DNA from: a virus
Lineage: Duplodnaviria > Caudoviricetes
Virus record (IMG/VR): IMGVR_UViG_3300001580_001418
Location: 1-64,000 of that record
DNA: 64,000 nt
Strand: one strand, 5' to 3'
The position numbers and the translations under genes were made by a program. A model generated the notes under the pieces. The model was not told the DNA's origin. It was given only the letters and a program-made list of their open reading frames with translations, and searched no databases. The stretch's first letter is position 1. Each line of letters opens with the position of its first letter. Below, piece after piece: positions 10,043 to 19,964 of this stretch.

Positions 10043-10450
10043 TCACCTCGCGACTGCCTTCTGGCAGACCTTTGAAATAGGTTGCGCATCGAAATGCAGG
10101 TCTCGTTCAATCCCTAACCCGAACGCACCTCTCACGCTTTGCAGTTCAGACAGCGCAAAATACCCCCACTCATCACACTCGTCACCGAAGATCGAAACAT
10201 ACCCGTAGAAATTCATATCAACCACAGCTCCACCCACGTTCCCGTTCATCTTCGATGCCTCGATCTCGAGCGTCGTTAGGCCACCATTCCCGTCTGCCTG
10301 CTGCACCACGTAATACATCTCCGTGGCCCACCACGTTCCGGCTCCAGCCGGATTGAAAAACTTGCACACCGCGATCGGATCTGAACCTTCCTGGCGACCT
10401 ATCTTTTTGAACTTCTCTTCAATCTCCTTCGTCATCAGTTTCATCGTCAT
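10043..10450 (-). CDS. DUF2958 family protein
   Basis: KFFNPAGAGTWWATE...EWGYFALSEL...GLGIERDLHF. Confidence 0.8.
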   Translation of the reverse strand: MTMKLMTKEIEEKFKKIGRQEGSDPIAVCKFFNPAGAGTWWATEMYYVVQQADGNGGLTTLEIEASKMNGNVGGAVVDMNFYGYVSIFGDECDEWGYFALSELQSVRGAFGLGIERDLHFDAQPISKVCQKAVAR

Positions 10451-10583
10451 CGCTCCTTTCTAATATGCAAAGAGGCAAAAGCTCTGCGTTCAATTCAGCA
10501 GGATCTTCAACCTTCTGAAATTCAAGATACCTTCCTTGCGCTTCTTCATGTAGGTCGTCATAATAAATTTCAAACACCGACAT
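10419..10583 (-). CDS. Small hypothetical protein
   Basis: FEIYYDDL.EEAQ; RBS upstream. Confidence 0.5.
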   Translation of the reverse strand: MSVFEIYYDDLHEEAQGRYLEFQKVEDPAELNAELLPLCILERSDDDETDDEGD

Positions 10584-10760
10584 CCTTTCACCTCCCCTCC
10601 ACTGTCCACGTCTCACAATCAAGCGTATGGGAATATTCGAAGTGGCTCTCCAATAGCTCTCCACACCCATGCCGGACCTTTTCTATGGCGTCTTTCTCGT
10701 CATTTGCATCGACCCCATACCCCTGAACATGAACCTCTCTCACGAAGACGATAAACTTGC

Positions 10761-11357
10761 TCATCGCTTTATCACTCCCTTCTTGATCGCCGGACCAATG
10801 GCTTTCTCAATCGCTTCCTCACAGGCATCCAGCATCAGGTAAAACCCAACCAATCCACAGCTAACCAGCGGTCTCATGTTGCGCTCGGACTTACTGACCA
10901 CGCTCCACACCCAATCCTTCCACTCGCTACACAGCGGGATTTTCACCTTACTATTGAGGAAATGGAAAAGCGCATCCTTCTTGTCCTCATCCTCTGCGCA
11001 AAGCAGAACAACCGCTCCCCAAGAATTGTCTTCGCTATCCGTCTTCGCGATGCTGCTGTACATCACCATCGCCGAAAGCCCTGATTGCAGCTTCTTATAA
11101 ATGGCATGCATTTTCCCGCCATCGGGGATCGTCACGTCGTGTTCATAAAACTCTATCCCGTACTTCCTTTTCTCCTCACCTCCGACTATCAGCTTCACCC
11201 ACTTCTTGCTTACAAGGGTCGCAAACACAGACTGAAGGGCAACCTTCGGGCCTACGGCAGTCATCCAATAAATCGGATTCCTGTACCCCTCGCCGTCGAA
11301 AACAATGCTCTTGACGTGAACCTTAACGCTATCGTTCTCAATGGAGATCATCGGCAT
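10761..11357 (-). CDS. Hypothetical protein
   Basis: 198-aa ORF with GAGGTG RBS. Confidence 0.6.
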   Translation of the reverse strand: MPMISIENDSVKVHVKSIVFDGEGYRNPIYWMTAVGPKVALQSVFATLVSKKWVKLIVGGEEKRKYGIEFYEHDVTIPDGGKMHAIYKKLQSGLSAMVMYSSIAKTDSEDNSWGAVVLLCAEDEDKKDALFHFLNSKVKIPLCSEWKDWVWSVVSKSERNMRPLVSCGLVGFYLMLDACEEAIEKAIGPAIKKGVIKR

Positions 11358-11364
11358 CCACCTC

Positions 11365-11898
11365 TCAGTAGTAGCTTGTGACCGCTAACACTTTCCTGTC
11401 GGTCTCCGTCAACTGCTTTAATTTCAGAGGGGGCAATCTTTTCACCTTATCTATCCAGTTCTGGATTTCAGGCTCGAGCTTCGAGAACATCGCCCTGATC
11501 TCAGGAGTCCCTGCGGCCAGCTTGATCTCTTTAATCAGGCTGTCCCTGAACGATTTCGCTTCAACCAACGGGGAATTAATCTCGCTCAGTCTCCTCTCGA
11601 TCTCTGCGTCCACGGGACTCATGTGCTTCCTCTCGCCATTAACCTCTATGTACTTCGCAGAGGTTTTGTCGCGGAGCTCATGCTTCACCTCGTCAAGGGA
11701 CGTCTCAAGCTGCACCTTCTTCAAAATCAGGTCGTAGATGCCCATGTCCCTCTTCGCTTCGACCGTTACCCGGTCCTTCACTGCGTTGCCCCTGGCCTCA
11801 AGAATCTTGATCACAGGATCCAATTCTTTGTCCAGAAGCTCCTCGTACATCCTGATGTGCGTGATCGTCAAACTGCTTCCCTTCGCTATCTTCTCCAT
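11365..11898 (-). CDS. Hypothetical coiled-coil protein
   Basis: GGAGG RBS; helical composition. Confidence 0.6.
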   Translation of the reverse strand: MEKIAKGSSLTITHIRMYEELLDKELDPVIKILEARGNAVKDRVTVEAKRDMGIYDLILKKVQLETSLDEVKHELRDKTSAKYIEVNGERKHMSPVDAEIERRLSEINSPLVEAKSFRDSLIKEIKLAAGTPEIRAMFSKLEPEIQNWIDKVKRLPPLKLKQLTETDRKVLAVTSYY

Positions 11899-12301
11899 CT
11901 TTCTTTCCTCCTTTTTTTAGTTTTAGCACTCGCTCTTTGAGTGCTTCGGGAAATTGCAGCAGGGCGAACTCAAAATAATTGTTCGACCCGCCAGTGTAGT
12001 CCTTCATGTGCTTGATCGTCCTGTACAAAACATCTCCCCAGGGCTTGTTTGGAAAATCTTTGTTCATCGAAATGTAGATGCCGTTCCCATCACTCCACAT
12101 CCCCATCAACGTCAGATCTCCACTCACCGCAATCCCGCCCGGATTGAAATGAATATCAATCTCCCGCAGATCAAGAAGCTCGGCGAGCTCCCTCATCGCC
12201 TTCGTACCCACCTTCTTGAACTGCTCCTTGAACGGGGCATTGTAGTGGGCCTCCTCTTTGCTCAACATCATAAACGCCAGCTGCTTCAGATACTTTCCCA
12301 T
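11798..12301 (-). CDS. Hypothetical phage protein
   Basis: NPGGIAVSGD...LYRT.KHMKDYTGGSN. Confidence 0.55.
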   Translation of the reverse strand: MGKYLKQLAFMMLSKEEAHYNAPFKEQFKKVGTKAMRELAELLDLREIDIHFNPGGIAVSGDLTLMGMWSDGNGIYISMNKDFPNKPWGDVLYRTIKHMKDYTGGSNNYFEFALLQFPEALKERVLKLKKGGKKDGEDSEGKQFDDHAHQDVRGASGQRIGSCDQDS

Positions 12302-12446
12302 GGTCAACTCCTTCTCTAAGCTCCTCGATTCTCCTCTTGACCTCGCGTGCTCCCTTCTTGTAGACTGTGACGCAAACCAACTCGTCACCGTCATAAAGGG
12401 CGAAATACCTATCTCCATACGGCTCTATTCTCATCTCGCAAAACAC
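12171..12446 (-). CDS. Small hypothetical protein
   Basis: RYFALYDGDELVCVTVYKKGA; GGAGGTG RBS. Confidence 0.5.
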   Translation of the reverse strand: MFCEMRIEPYGDRYFALYDGDELVCVTVYKKGAREVKRRIEELREGVDHGKVSEAAGVYDVEQRGGPLQCPVQGAVQEGGYEGDEGARRAS

Positions 12447-12493
12447 TGTCTCTCACCTCCTCTCTCACGCTTATGCGTAAATTTAGGGCAAAA

Positions 12494-12958
12494 CTAATCG
12501 GTGATATACGTGATTGCCTCATCAATGACGCTTCGTGCCTTCTCTTGTTGCTTTCCGACAATCCACTTTTCCAAAACACGATGCCCGTCATTAGCACCGG
12601 CAGTTACCACGTAGCCATGAACAACCTTCCTTTTTCCATTCCAATGCCTAAACTCATAGGCAATCACGGAATGGTCTTCGGCATAGTCCAGCTTCCTAAT
12701 GAATTCCTTTAGATAATTTGGAAAATTTTCTACAAGCCAACCAAGGTCGTACTCCTGCAGGTGTCCTTTCTCGGACGTAAAACCATTGCATTCAGTTTCA
12801 GTTCTCGGCCTCACATATCCCGATAACTGGACATGCCCAATCACATTCCCGCTACTGATACAATCCACCTGTCGGTTGAACGTCTTGTGTTCGGACTCAA
12901 ACTTCATTCGGTTCGGCGTTGCCCACTCCACCTTTCTTGCCATCCTCATCACCTCCAT
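12494..12958 (-). CDS. Hypothetical protein
   Basis: Co-oriented ORF with RBS. Confidence 0.55.
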   Translation of the reverse strand: MEVMRMARKVEWATPNRMKFESEHKTFNRQVDCISSGNVIGHVQLSGYVRPRTETECNGFTSEKGHLQEYDLGWLVENFPNYLKEFIRKLDYAEDHSVIAYEFRHWNGKRKVVHGYVVTAGANDGHRVLEKWIVGKQQEKARSVIDEAITYITD

Positions 12959-13143
12959 TCACTCAATATCCAGCTTGTCTATTTCTCCCTGTAATTCATC
13001 CAACATCGCCAGCGCCTCACAATCCTCGCCAACAAATGGGTGCTCGTTAAGCTCCGACCGAATGGCAAAAACCAAATCCCCCAGTTCCTTTTTGCTCATC
13101 TTTTTCTTAGCTACTCCCACCATCACTCACCCCCCTCCAAATA

Positions 13144-13180
13144 GGGGAATGGGAATGTATTGCCCATGCACCATTCCCCC
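13144..13180 (-). terminator. Hairpin after the DUF932 gene
   Basis: GGGGAATGG...CCATTCCCC followed by TATTT on the minus strand. Confidence 0.4.
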
Positions 13181-13236
13181 GTTACACGCAAAATACAGCG
13201 TTATAAACTTGGCGTTTTCCTACTAAAGGGAAACAT

Positions 13237-14286
13237 TTAGGACTGGACAATGTGGCAGACCTGGTCAAAGGCTCGCTGTTTGAACCTGGCAGCAGACCCA
13301 AACCAGATTGAATCTAACTTTCTGTTTAGGGCCTCGGTATTCCCCTTTACTGGTTGCCAGTGGTCCGCAAACTCAACGGCAGCGTTGAACGCACCATACG
13401 CACTTCCCTTGACCCCTGGAATGTCCGTACCCTTACCCGTTTCGGTCAGCTCAATCACTTTCTCAATGTAAGTCTTAATCCTCGGGCCAAGCTCGACATT
13501 CAGCACGTCCTCAAATCCGGTCAGCTTATCTTCGTTCTTGACCTTCAACGGGAACAATCCGTACACGTATTTCTTGATCTCTTCTTCTGTCATCTTGAAT
13601 TCTTTGAGAGAGCTCATAACTTCTCCCATCTGCTCAAAGTAGATGGTGGTCAGGCCCAACGCTTCTCTGGCATCGACAATGCGGTCCATAATCCCTGACG
13701 TGTGCCGAACTTCAACGTTTGCTACCGCTGAGCTGATTGCCACATTTAGCGTATTCATGCACACAACCCGAATTGGCGTTGCCATCAAGAAAAGCTGACG
13801 GCTTCCATCGTGGGCATTTGATAATACGAGCCACATCTCAATCGGGTCTTCATCCCATCCGACCTGCCCTGGCAGTTTGCTCATAATCCAAATGATCTTC
13901 CCATGCCTCAGCGAGCCAGCTGTCTCATAGATAGCATCGTGCGTTCCTACCACTTCGTCGAAAAATGCAAAGGCGGCCCTGTTCTGAAGGGGCGTATATC
14001 TCTCGCCGACAACCCCGAGCGGACATCCATCCGTCTTTCGGACAACAGCATAATGACCAGGGACCACCACCATCTTTTCGGACGGAACCAAAACCCCGCC
14101 TTCACTGAGCGTCATCCCATCCTTTGTGAAAATCTCCTTCTTCTCCACTTCCCAATCCAGCCCTGCTTTGACAATGGCTTCTTCTGAAGTCAAGCACTCA
14201 TTAACGGGCGTTCCCAATCCGTGCCATGGGCGCCCTTCTTCGTTTTCCCCCATGACATAAAACATTGATTCCAATTCGTGTGCCAT
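13237..14286 (-). CDS. DUF932/DUF945 phage-plasmid protein
   Basis: MAHELE..., PWHGLG, AGLDWEV, YTPLQN, YETAGSL, NAHDGS, TPIRVVCMNTL. Confidence 0.85.
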   Translation of the reverse strand: MAHELESMFYVMGENEEGRPWHGLGTPVNECLTSEEAIVKAGLDWEVEKKEIFTKDGMTLSEGGVLVPSEKMVVVPGHYAVVRKTDGCPLGVVGERYTPLQNRAAFAFFDEVVGTHDAIYETAGSLRHGKIIWIMSKLPGQVGWDEDPIEMWLVLSNAHDGSRQLFLMATPIRVVCMNTLNVAISSAVANVEVRHTSGIMDRIVDAREALGLTTIYFEQMGEVMSSLKEFKMTEEEIKKYVYGLFPLKVKNEDKLTGFEDVLNVELGPRIKTYIEKVIELTETGKGTDIPGVKGSAYGAFNAAVEFADHWQPVKGNTEALNRKLDSIWFGSAARFKQRAFDQVCHIVQS

Positions 14287-14321
14287 CTCTCTGCTCCTTT
14301 CTTTTTTTTTCGCAAGCCATC

Positions 14322-15464
14322 TCACGGCCTTCCTCTCACAAGGTCTCTTTCTTCCTGCGAAAGGAAGATACACTCATCTCCAAGCACATGAGGATTCAGT
14401 AGCTCTTTAAAGCCGATAACACCCCATCGATTAACCACAACAAACGGTTCAATCGTAGCGGGCTCATCCCAATCGTCGTCTGTGTGCCGAATCCCGTAAA
14501 ACTTGTAACCAAGAGGATACGTTTCTGGAAGCTTCTCAAATACGATTGCCTTCATCCCCCTAAAAACTATCTTCCTTCCTTTCATGCTGTCTCTCGTTCT
14601 CTTCACCCCCTTTCGGCTTAAAATGCTTTCGATAAAAGTCAGTCTCGACATACACCTGGAATTCATCCTGCAACTGCCACGGCAGATCCTCAAACCCTGC
14701 GTTCCCATAGCGGTCAAGCGCCTTCATGAAGTCTTCGTTATCTACCGGATACTCCTGCTTCATAAATGGACTTCTTAGCAGGAACGAGAACCGACTAGCT
14801 AAAGACAACTCTCCCCAGCTATTCAACACCTCTTTAAATGTCATCTCACCAAGACCCCCTCTCTAACCGGCCATCTCAAAAGCCAGCTCGTTGCTTTTAA
14901 TCTCTCCTTGCAGTACGGACAGTGACAGCGCCTTAATGAAATTTCCTTCCCCCAAGTCCACCTGATCTTGCAGTTTTCACACTTTCCCTGCTTCGCCACC
15001 TTCTTGCCCTCCAATCAAAAGCTCCTTCCATCCGACAGATGGGGCATCCTCACTTTCTCCATCCATCCACTCTCTTGCCGCAACCGCATCATCCAAAACA
15101 TTGGACTCCCCATCCTCAAACTGGTCGTATATCTCATCTTCATCCAGCCCCTCTTTGAGGACTTCGATCTGCGCATCAATCGCTTCGTGGTGATCATCCC
15201 CAAACATGCTCTTCTTCCGCACATTCGGCTTCATCTGCTTCAACTGCTCAATCTCCTTACTAATTTCGTCTTTGCTTGGTTTCATTTCTTCCTCCTCTTT
15301 AGTTTATCGGGGCAATACTTGCTCTTCACCCTACACTTAAGGCACATGTCCTGGAGCACCTCGGTCTGATATCGCTTTCCTCCCTTGCGCTTCGGACAAA
15401 AACCAGGCTCACCGTCAGCAATCTGCAACGGCTTCTCTTTAAATAGCTTCAGTCTCATCACCAA
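14322..15464 (-). other. Cluster of small hypothetical genes (14322-~14585, 14560-14844, 14977-15285, 15282-15464)
   Basis: Packed co-oriented ORFs. Confidence 0.5.
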
Positions 15465-16011
15465 CCATCATCCTCTTTGGTCGCTGGTTATTTCTCTGCT
15501 CCTTCATGCTCGCCCACTTGCAGTTCCCCGGCTCATAATTGCCATCGTTGTTGATCCTCTCGATGGTCAGCCCGGGTGGACACTCACCCATATCGGAAAG
15601 GAAATTCGTAAATGATTCCCACCTTGCACAAACACTTATTCCTCTGCCACCATAATACCGAAACTTTTCGTGCTTCGGGTTTGAACATCTTTGTCGCATG
15701 GCCTTCCATGCACTATACGTTCTTGTGCCTCGGCGTGGACCTAGCGCTCTTCGAGGAGTGGGCCCTCCAGATTGACCGTGAACCAAATTAACTGAAATCC
15801 CTTTTCTGCTTTCCCCCCACTTCTTCGAAATTTCAGCTCGAAGACAGCCACACGACCTCGTATGACCCAACGTCAAGTGAGAGCTGGTAACGGTCAAAGC
15901 ATTTCCGCAATCGCAGATACACTCCCAGCATGCATCACGGCTGTTATCAACACGGGCAAGCCCCTTAACAATCAATCTTCCGAACCGCTGCCCAGTTAGA
16001 TCTTTTCTCAT
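15439..16011 (-). CDS. Free-standing HNH endonuclease
   Basis: DLTGQRFGRL, CICDCG, SCGC, YGGRGISVC, TIERINNDGNYEPGNCKW. Confidence 0.8.
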   Translation of the reverse strand: MRKDLTGQRFGRLIVKGLARVDNSRDACWECICDCGNALTVTSSHLTLGHTRSCGCLRAEISKKWGESRKGISVNLVHGQSGGPTPRRALGPRRGTRTYSAWKAMRQRCSNPKHEKFRYYGGRGISVCARWESFTNFLSDMGECPPGLTIERINNDGNYEPGNCKWASMKEQRNNQRPKRMMVGDETEAI

Positions 16012-16015
16012 CTCA

Positions 16016-16653
16016 TCACCTTTGGCGTTTATCTCTCGTCCCTTTTTCATTGGGACACCCGGACTCATGACAGGCAATTCCGTTAATCACAAGTGCCTCA
16101 CATTGGGAACATCGTACATGATGACTCCCACGGATACGGTCATACTCTGACCTATCAAAACCCCTACACTTCAACTCCCGAAGAATGCTCCTCACCATGA
16201 GAAATCACCCCCTTTCTTTCACGTCCTGCCTCCAGGTATTCAGACTGCTTGAACACCCAGCGCCAATCGCCAGCTCTTCTTCATACAGCCTGGCTAATCC
16301 ACACCGATACATCGTCCCGTTCCACCACAGCGCAGGGCACGGTTCCCTCCCATGGTATAGCTCCATCGAAAGGGCGCATGGGGCCTTTCTGCAACAGTAA
16401 GAACAACCTACGCATTCAGCGAACATTTCTAAACCCCCTACTCAATCTTGGGCACAACCCCACATCCCTCGTACTTGAGGTCCGCATCGGGGTCGTGGTC
16501 CCGCTCGCGGATCTTTTGGCGTATCCTGCCTTCCTCAGCAGAACACTCCATGCAAATCGTCTCCTTCGTAAAAAAGGACATTGTCCTTCCACCGTTAAGG
16601 AACCTGCTGCACCTGTCGCAATTCTTTTGAATGAAAAAGGTATGGATTGGCAC
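16016..16653 (-). other. Three small Cys-rich genes (16016-16198, 16205-16426, 16438-16653)
   Basis: CSQC..CHESGC; CVGCSYCC..PC; CDRC..RTMSFF..ICMEC. Confidence 0.6.
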
Positions 16654-16845
16654 TCCGCTCACCCCCTTTCGTGCAAGTTGATTGCAACCGACCACCTGGG
16701 TCTGTAAGAACCACCCAATTGCGTACCCTTTAGGCGTTAAAATTCTGTGTTGAGAGCGTTTTACGCAATTGGGTAGTATTAGGGTATTAAAAAAGGTCTA
16801 AAACGCCGTGTACCCCCTGAATTTCGTTTGTAGGATGCCACGGTA

Positions 16846-18024
16846 TCACGGTTTGGGTGGCTGTTGACCGTTCCGCCTACGGGCAACCAGTATCTTCTCC
16901 ACCTTTTCCCGAATTTTGGGCCACCAATGTTTAAAATCCTCTCTGCATTCATCGAGCGTCTTCCCCCTTCGTTTCGCCCATGCTTCAAGACACAAATCCC
17001 ACCAATATGAGTCTTCAACCATGCTATCGCACCACGCGGAGCCCAAATTAAACCATAACTCCATGCCCACGTACTCACCCATCTCTTCATCCTGGAACAT
17101 CTTCCTGATTTGATAATGGGCAATCTTGCCAATTCCGGTATGCATATCCCAGCAATATGAGGGGATGTCTTCCTCTGCCTCGACCTCTTCCTCTTTGGAC
17201 ACTTCTTCAAGCTCTATCGGACTTACCCTCGTGACGCAGGCAAGATACGCCGCAACCAACAAAAGCGTCTTGTCCCCTGACATGCCACCGAACTTCGACC
17301 TTCTTTTGGCCGTCCATACGATCTCCTTGGCAAATTCGCTCTCCGGCATAATGAACAAACCCCAAAAGGCCTCCGGGTCGCTTTCCATCATTTCGATCTT
17401 TTCCTTTATCCCAATCCATCCATTGAAAATCTCCATCCGCACAGGATCTTTGATCAACCTCTTCGGGTTCTCCTTCAACTTCTGGCATTTGTCAGTAAAA
17501 ATGTTCAGCCCCTCCGCTTCTTTGCATTTTGGGTGCATCGCAATATTTACCAACAACTTCCATATATTCTCTCTTGTCGATTCCGCACCAAAAGCGTATC
17601 TTCCGGCAAGCCCCATGTACTGCCACGTTTCCTCAGCCGCGAGGATGGGCAACCGCCATGTTAACCACTTTGGCTCGCTCTCCCACAATTTTAAAAATGA
17701 GAGTTTTAAAAGAGGAAGGCTACCTCGCCTCAACGCCTTTTGGATTGCGGACTTGTGCCCACTCAGGTCCTCTTTCAGCAATCCGAGCTCCTCTTTCTTC
17801 CAAGAAATATGCTTGCAGGGACGATTAGGTTTCTCTGACTTTTGAATTTTCTCTGTGAAAAAATAACAGGTGCAACTCCACTTCGATCCATCTCTGCGGA
17901 CCTTATACCTCGTCGTGGGGTTCGTCCATGACGCTACTTCCCATTCCTGTACAATCCGTTCCTTCTTCCCGTTCCTCTCTGGTTTTGGTTCAGGCTCAAG
18001 CCCTTTGAAAGCATCCTGTTTCAC
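16846..18024 (-). CDS. SWIM zinc-finger protein with MgsA/RarA C-terminal-like helical domain
   Basis: WSCTC...PCKHI; KSAIQKALRRG...RLPILAAEE...DMHT. Confidence 0.55.
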   Translation of the reverse strand: MKQDAFKGLEPEPKPERNGKKERIVQEWEVASWTNPTTRYKVRRDGSKWSCTCYFFTEKIQKSEKPNRPCKHISWKKEELGLLKEDLSGHKSAIQKALRRGSLPLLKLSFLKLWESEPKWLTWRLPILAAEETWQYMGLAGRYAFGAESTRENIWKLLVNIAMHPKCKEAEGLNIFTDKCQKLKENPKRLIKDPVRMEIFNGWIGIKEKIEMMESDPEAFWGLFIMPESEFAKEIVWTAKRRSKFGGMSGDKTLLLVAAYLACVTRVSPIELEEVSKEEEVEAEEDIPSYCWDMHTGIGKIAHYQIRKMFQDEEMGEYVGMELWFNLGSAWCDSMVEDSYWWDLCLEAWAKRRGKTLDECREDFKHWWPKIREKVEKILVARRRNGQQPPKP

Positions 18025-18027
18025 GGT

Positions 18028-18558
18028 TCATCTCCCTTCCCTAAATTCTAAGATCGACCTCCTCAAGATCAGCTCGGCCTTCTCCATCTCATCCAGGCTG
18101 TAATCGCCGACCATCGGCCACCACGTCTGGCCGTCTCGCCACATGTGGCACGTATCGCCACCATACCCTTTCAGATCTGCGGAACACAGAAGCTGTGGAT
18201 ACTCAGCGTTGCCTACGTTGCTGTTCTGCCACACCTTACAGCTCTCTCCAAACTCATCCTTCAAGTTTTTCTCGAGCAGGGCAATAAACTGTTTGTCCAT
18301 CTTCGGATAAATCCAAGCGGCGTTCTGCATCCATTCCTTCAGCGAACGGTCAATCGCTTCCTTCGGATAACAGAGCGCTCCACACTCAGGACACTCACCT
18401 GACGGGACGACCCCCCCTGGCTCAATCCGTTGAAAATAATCCTTCGCTTCACAGAGCATTCCGCGCTTCCATTCCTTCTTGCAGTTATCACAAACGTCAA
18501 CCGCCTCATTCTCATCATTCGTAATCACCGCAAACCTCGGATAGACTTTCACGCTCAT
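18028..18558 (-). CDS. Hypothetical zinc-binding protein
   Basis: CDNC...PSGECPECGALC. Confidence 0.6.
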   Translation of the reverse strand: MSVKVYPRFAVITNDENEAVDVCDNCKKEWKRGMLCEAKDYFQRIEPGGVVPSGECPECGALCYPKEAIDRSLKEWMQNAAWIYPKMDKQFIALLEKNLKDEFGESCKVWQNSNVGNAEYPQLLCSADLKGYGGDTCHMWRDGQTWWPMVGDYSLDEMEKAELILRRSILEFREGR

Positions 18559-18953
18559 CTTTGCACCACCTTTCTTGTCTGAAACTTACTACCCCTTTTC
18601 TCAAGGACTACCCCCAAAGGGAAACTGGACACAATCTTCAACAGATCCTTCAGCTCGTCCCTTGCCGTTTCCTTGGCAGCCTTAACCGTCATCTTCCAAC
18701 CTTCTCTGTAATGCTTCACCAATCGGTCGAAGACTTCCCGCCTCTTAACTGGTAGCTCGACGACTTTCATTGTCGTCGTTGCCTTAGCGCAATCGAGCCC
18801 GACCATCCCCCTTCGGCAACCGCAGTAACCATCAATGTCGTCACGGTCGCTGTCGCACTCGAAGCCGAAATGGAGTATCTCTCCTTCCGGCACCCAACAG
18901 AAATCGTTCTTTCGGATCCCCTGCCCATATTTCGTTGCTACGAGAACTCTCAT
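18555..18953 (-). CDS. Conserved hypothetical Cys-containing protein
   Basis: VLVAT..QG.R.NDFCW..EGE...CGCRR...ATTT. Confidence 0.6.
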   Translation of the reverse strand: MRVLVATKYGQGIRKNDFCWVPEGEILHFGFECDSDRDDIDGYCGCRRGMVGLDCAKATTTMKVVELPVKRREVFDRLVKHYREGWKMTVKAAKETARDELKDLLKIVSSFPLGVVLEKRGSKFQTRKVVQR

Positions 18954-18967
18954 CTTATGCCCCCTTT

Positions 18968-19132
18968 CTACGCATTCGCGATATCCTTGATGTCTTCAAA
19001 CAAAACCATCGTCTCACCTCCATGACTATCCTCTGCCAACACCGCCGTCATACCTACTGCCGTGATCTTTAGCGTCTCACCAAGAGCTTCAATCTTTCTG
19101 CCCACCTCACACCATTCTTTCTTGGCTGCCAT
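18968..19132 (-). CDS. Small hypothetical protein
   Basis: AAAGGTGGTG RBS. Confidence 0.5.
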   Translation of the reverse strand: MAAKKEWCEVGRKIEALGETLKITAVGMTAVLAEDSHGGETMVLFEDIKDIANA

Positions 19133-19160
19133 CTTCTCACCACCTTTCAAATCCAGTTTC

Positions 19161-19312
19161 GGGGCGCGGTGCGTGGTCGTCGCAGGGGTGATCCCGCGCC
19201 CCTACTCCTGGGGGGCAAAACTTTATTCAGTGTGTGACCGTCGGGTAATAGGAGAGTATTAGCTTCCACCCGATGCCTCGTTTACGGGCAAGTTACTTGA
19301 CCGTCACCACCG
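19161..19312 (-). ncRNA. Candidate structured RNA, unclassified
   Basis: Intergenic segment with several helices: GGGGCGCGG/CCGCGCCCC, TCGGGT/ACCCGA, GTGAC/GTCAC. Confidence 0.35.
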
Positions 19313-19362
19313 TTGGAAATACCTTTTAGGGTCTGGCTCAAGTCGAGTTCTCTGCGGACTGA

Positions 19363-19932
19363 CTACGCAGCCTTCTTCGTGACTTCTGAGCCGGTTGCCT
19401 CTGCGCGATCGGTGCCCGTCGGTTTCCCCTTGCGAACCAACGCTCCCGGGACCCTCCATTTCTTCCCGTCCTCACCGTCGATCTTGACCTTTCCATTCGA
19501 CTTCACTTTGACTACTTTCCCCTCGATCAGCTTCGACCCTTTCCGGAACCACACCACGTTTCCGGCCTTCATGCTTTCGGTCGCTTTCTTGCAGACCTCA
19601 AGGTAAATCTTCTTCCAGTGTTTCTGGACCACCCGGGCAATCGCTTTCAGGTGATCAATGTCGGTGACCTTCTCGATCGATGCAGCAATTCCTTTCACTG
19701 CTTCCGGCACTGGCTTTGCTGTGAACGGGACAACTTTCTTCTCGCTTGCTTTCGCCTTCTTGCTCTCGGCGGGCTTCTTCGACGTCGGCTTCGTCTTCTT
19801 CGTATCCTTCCCGTTCGTTCCCTCGGCCTTCGAGTCAAGCGCCTTTCGATTCTCTCCCGCTATTTTCTCGGCCTCAGAGTGTCCATTCCCGTCCGTCTTG
19901 CCATTCTCTTTTCCGTTCTTGTTCTCTTCCAT
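19363..19932 (-). CDS. Lys-rich protein with C-terminal KOW/SH3-like barrel
   Basis: Low-complexity K/E/A N-terminus; MKAGNVVWF...GKVVKVK. Confidence 0.6.
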   Translation of the reverse strand: MEENKNGKENGKTDGNGHSEAEKIAGENRKALDSKAEGTNGKDTKKTKPTSKKPAESKKAKASEKKVVPFTAKPVPEAVKGIAASIEKVTDIDHLKAIARVVQKHWKKIYLEVCKKATESMKAGNVVWFRKGSKLIEGKVVKVKSNGKVKIDGEDGKKWRVPGALVRKGKPTGTDRAEATGSEVTKKAA

Positions 19933-19964
19933 TGTCTGTTTCTCCTTTCATCTAATAAGGTTAA

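Noticed and set aside
15439-16011. Group I intron around the HNH gene
   Set aside because: Flanking ORFs appear to be separate genes and leave no room for an intron core
17126-17845. 239-aa plus-strand ORF and the many similar antisense ORFs (e.g. 62076-62897, 35399-36031)
   Set aside because: They overlap well-supported minus-strand genes and have shadow-like composition
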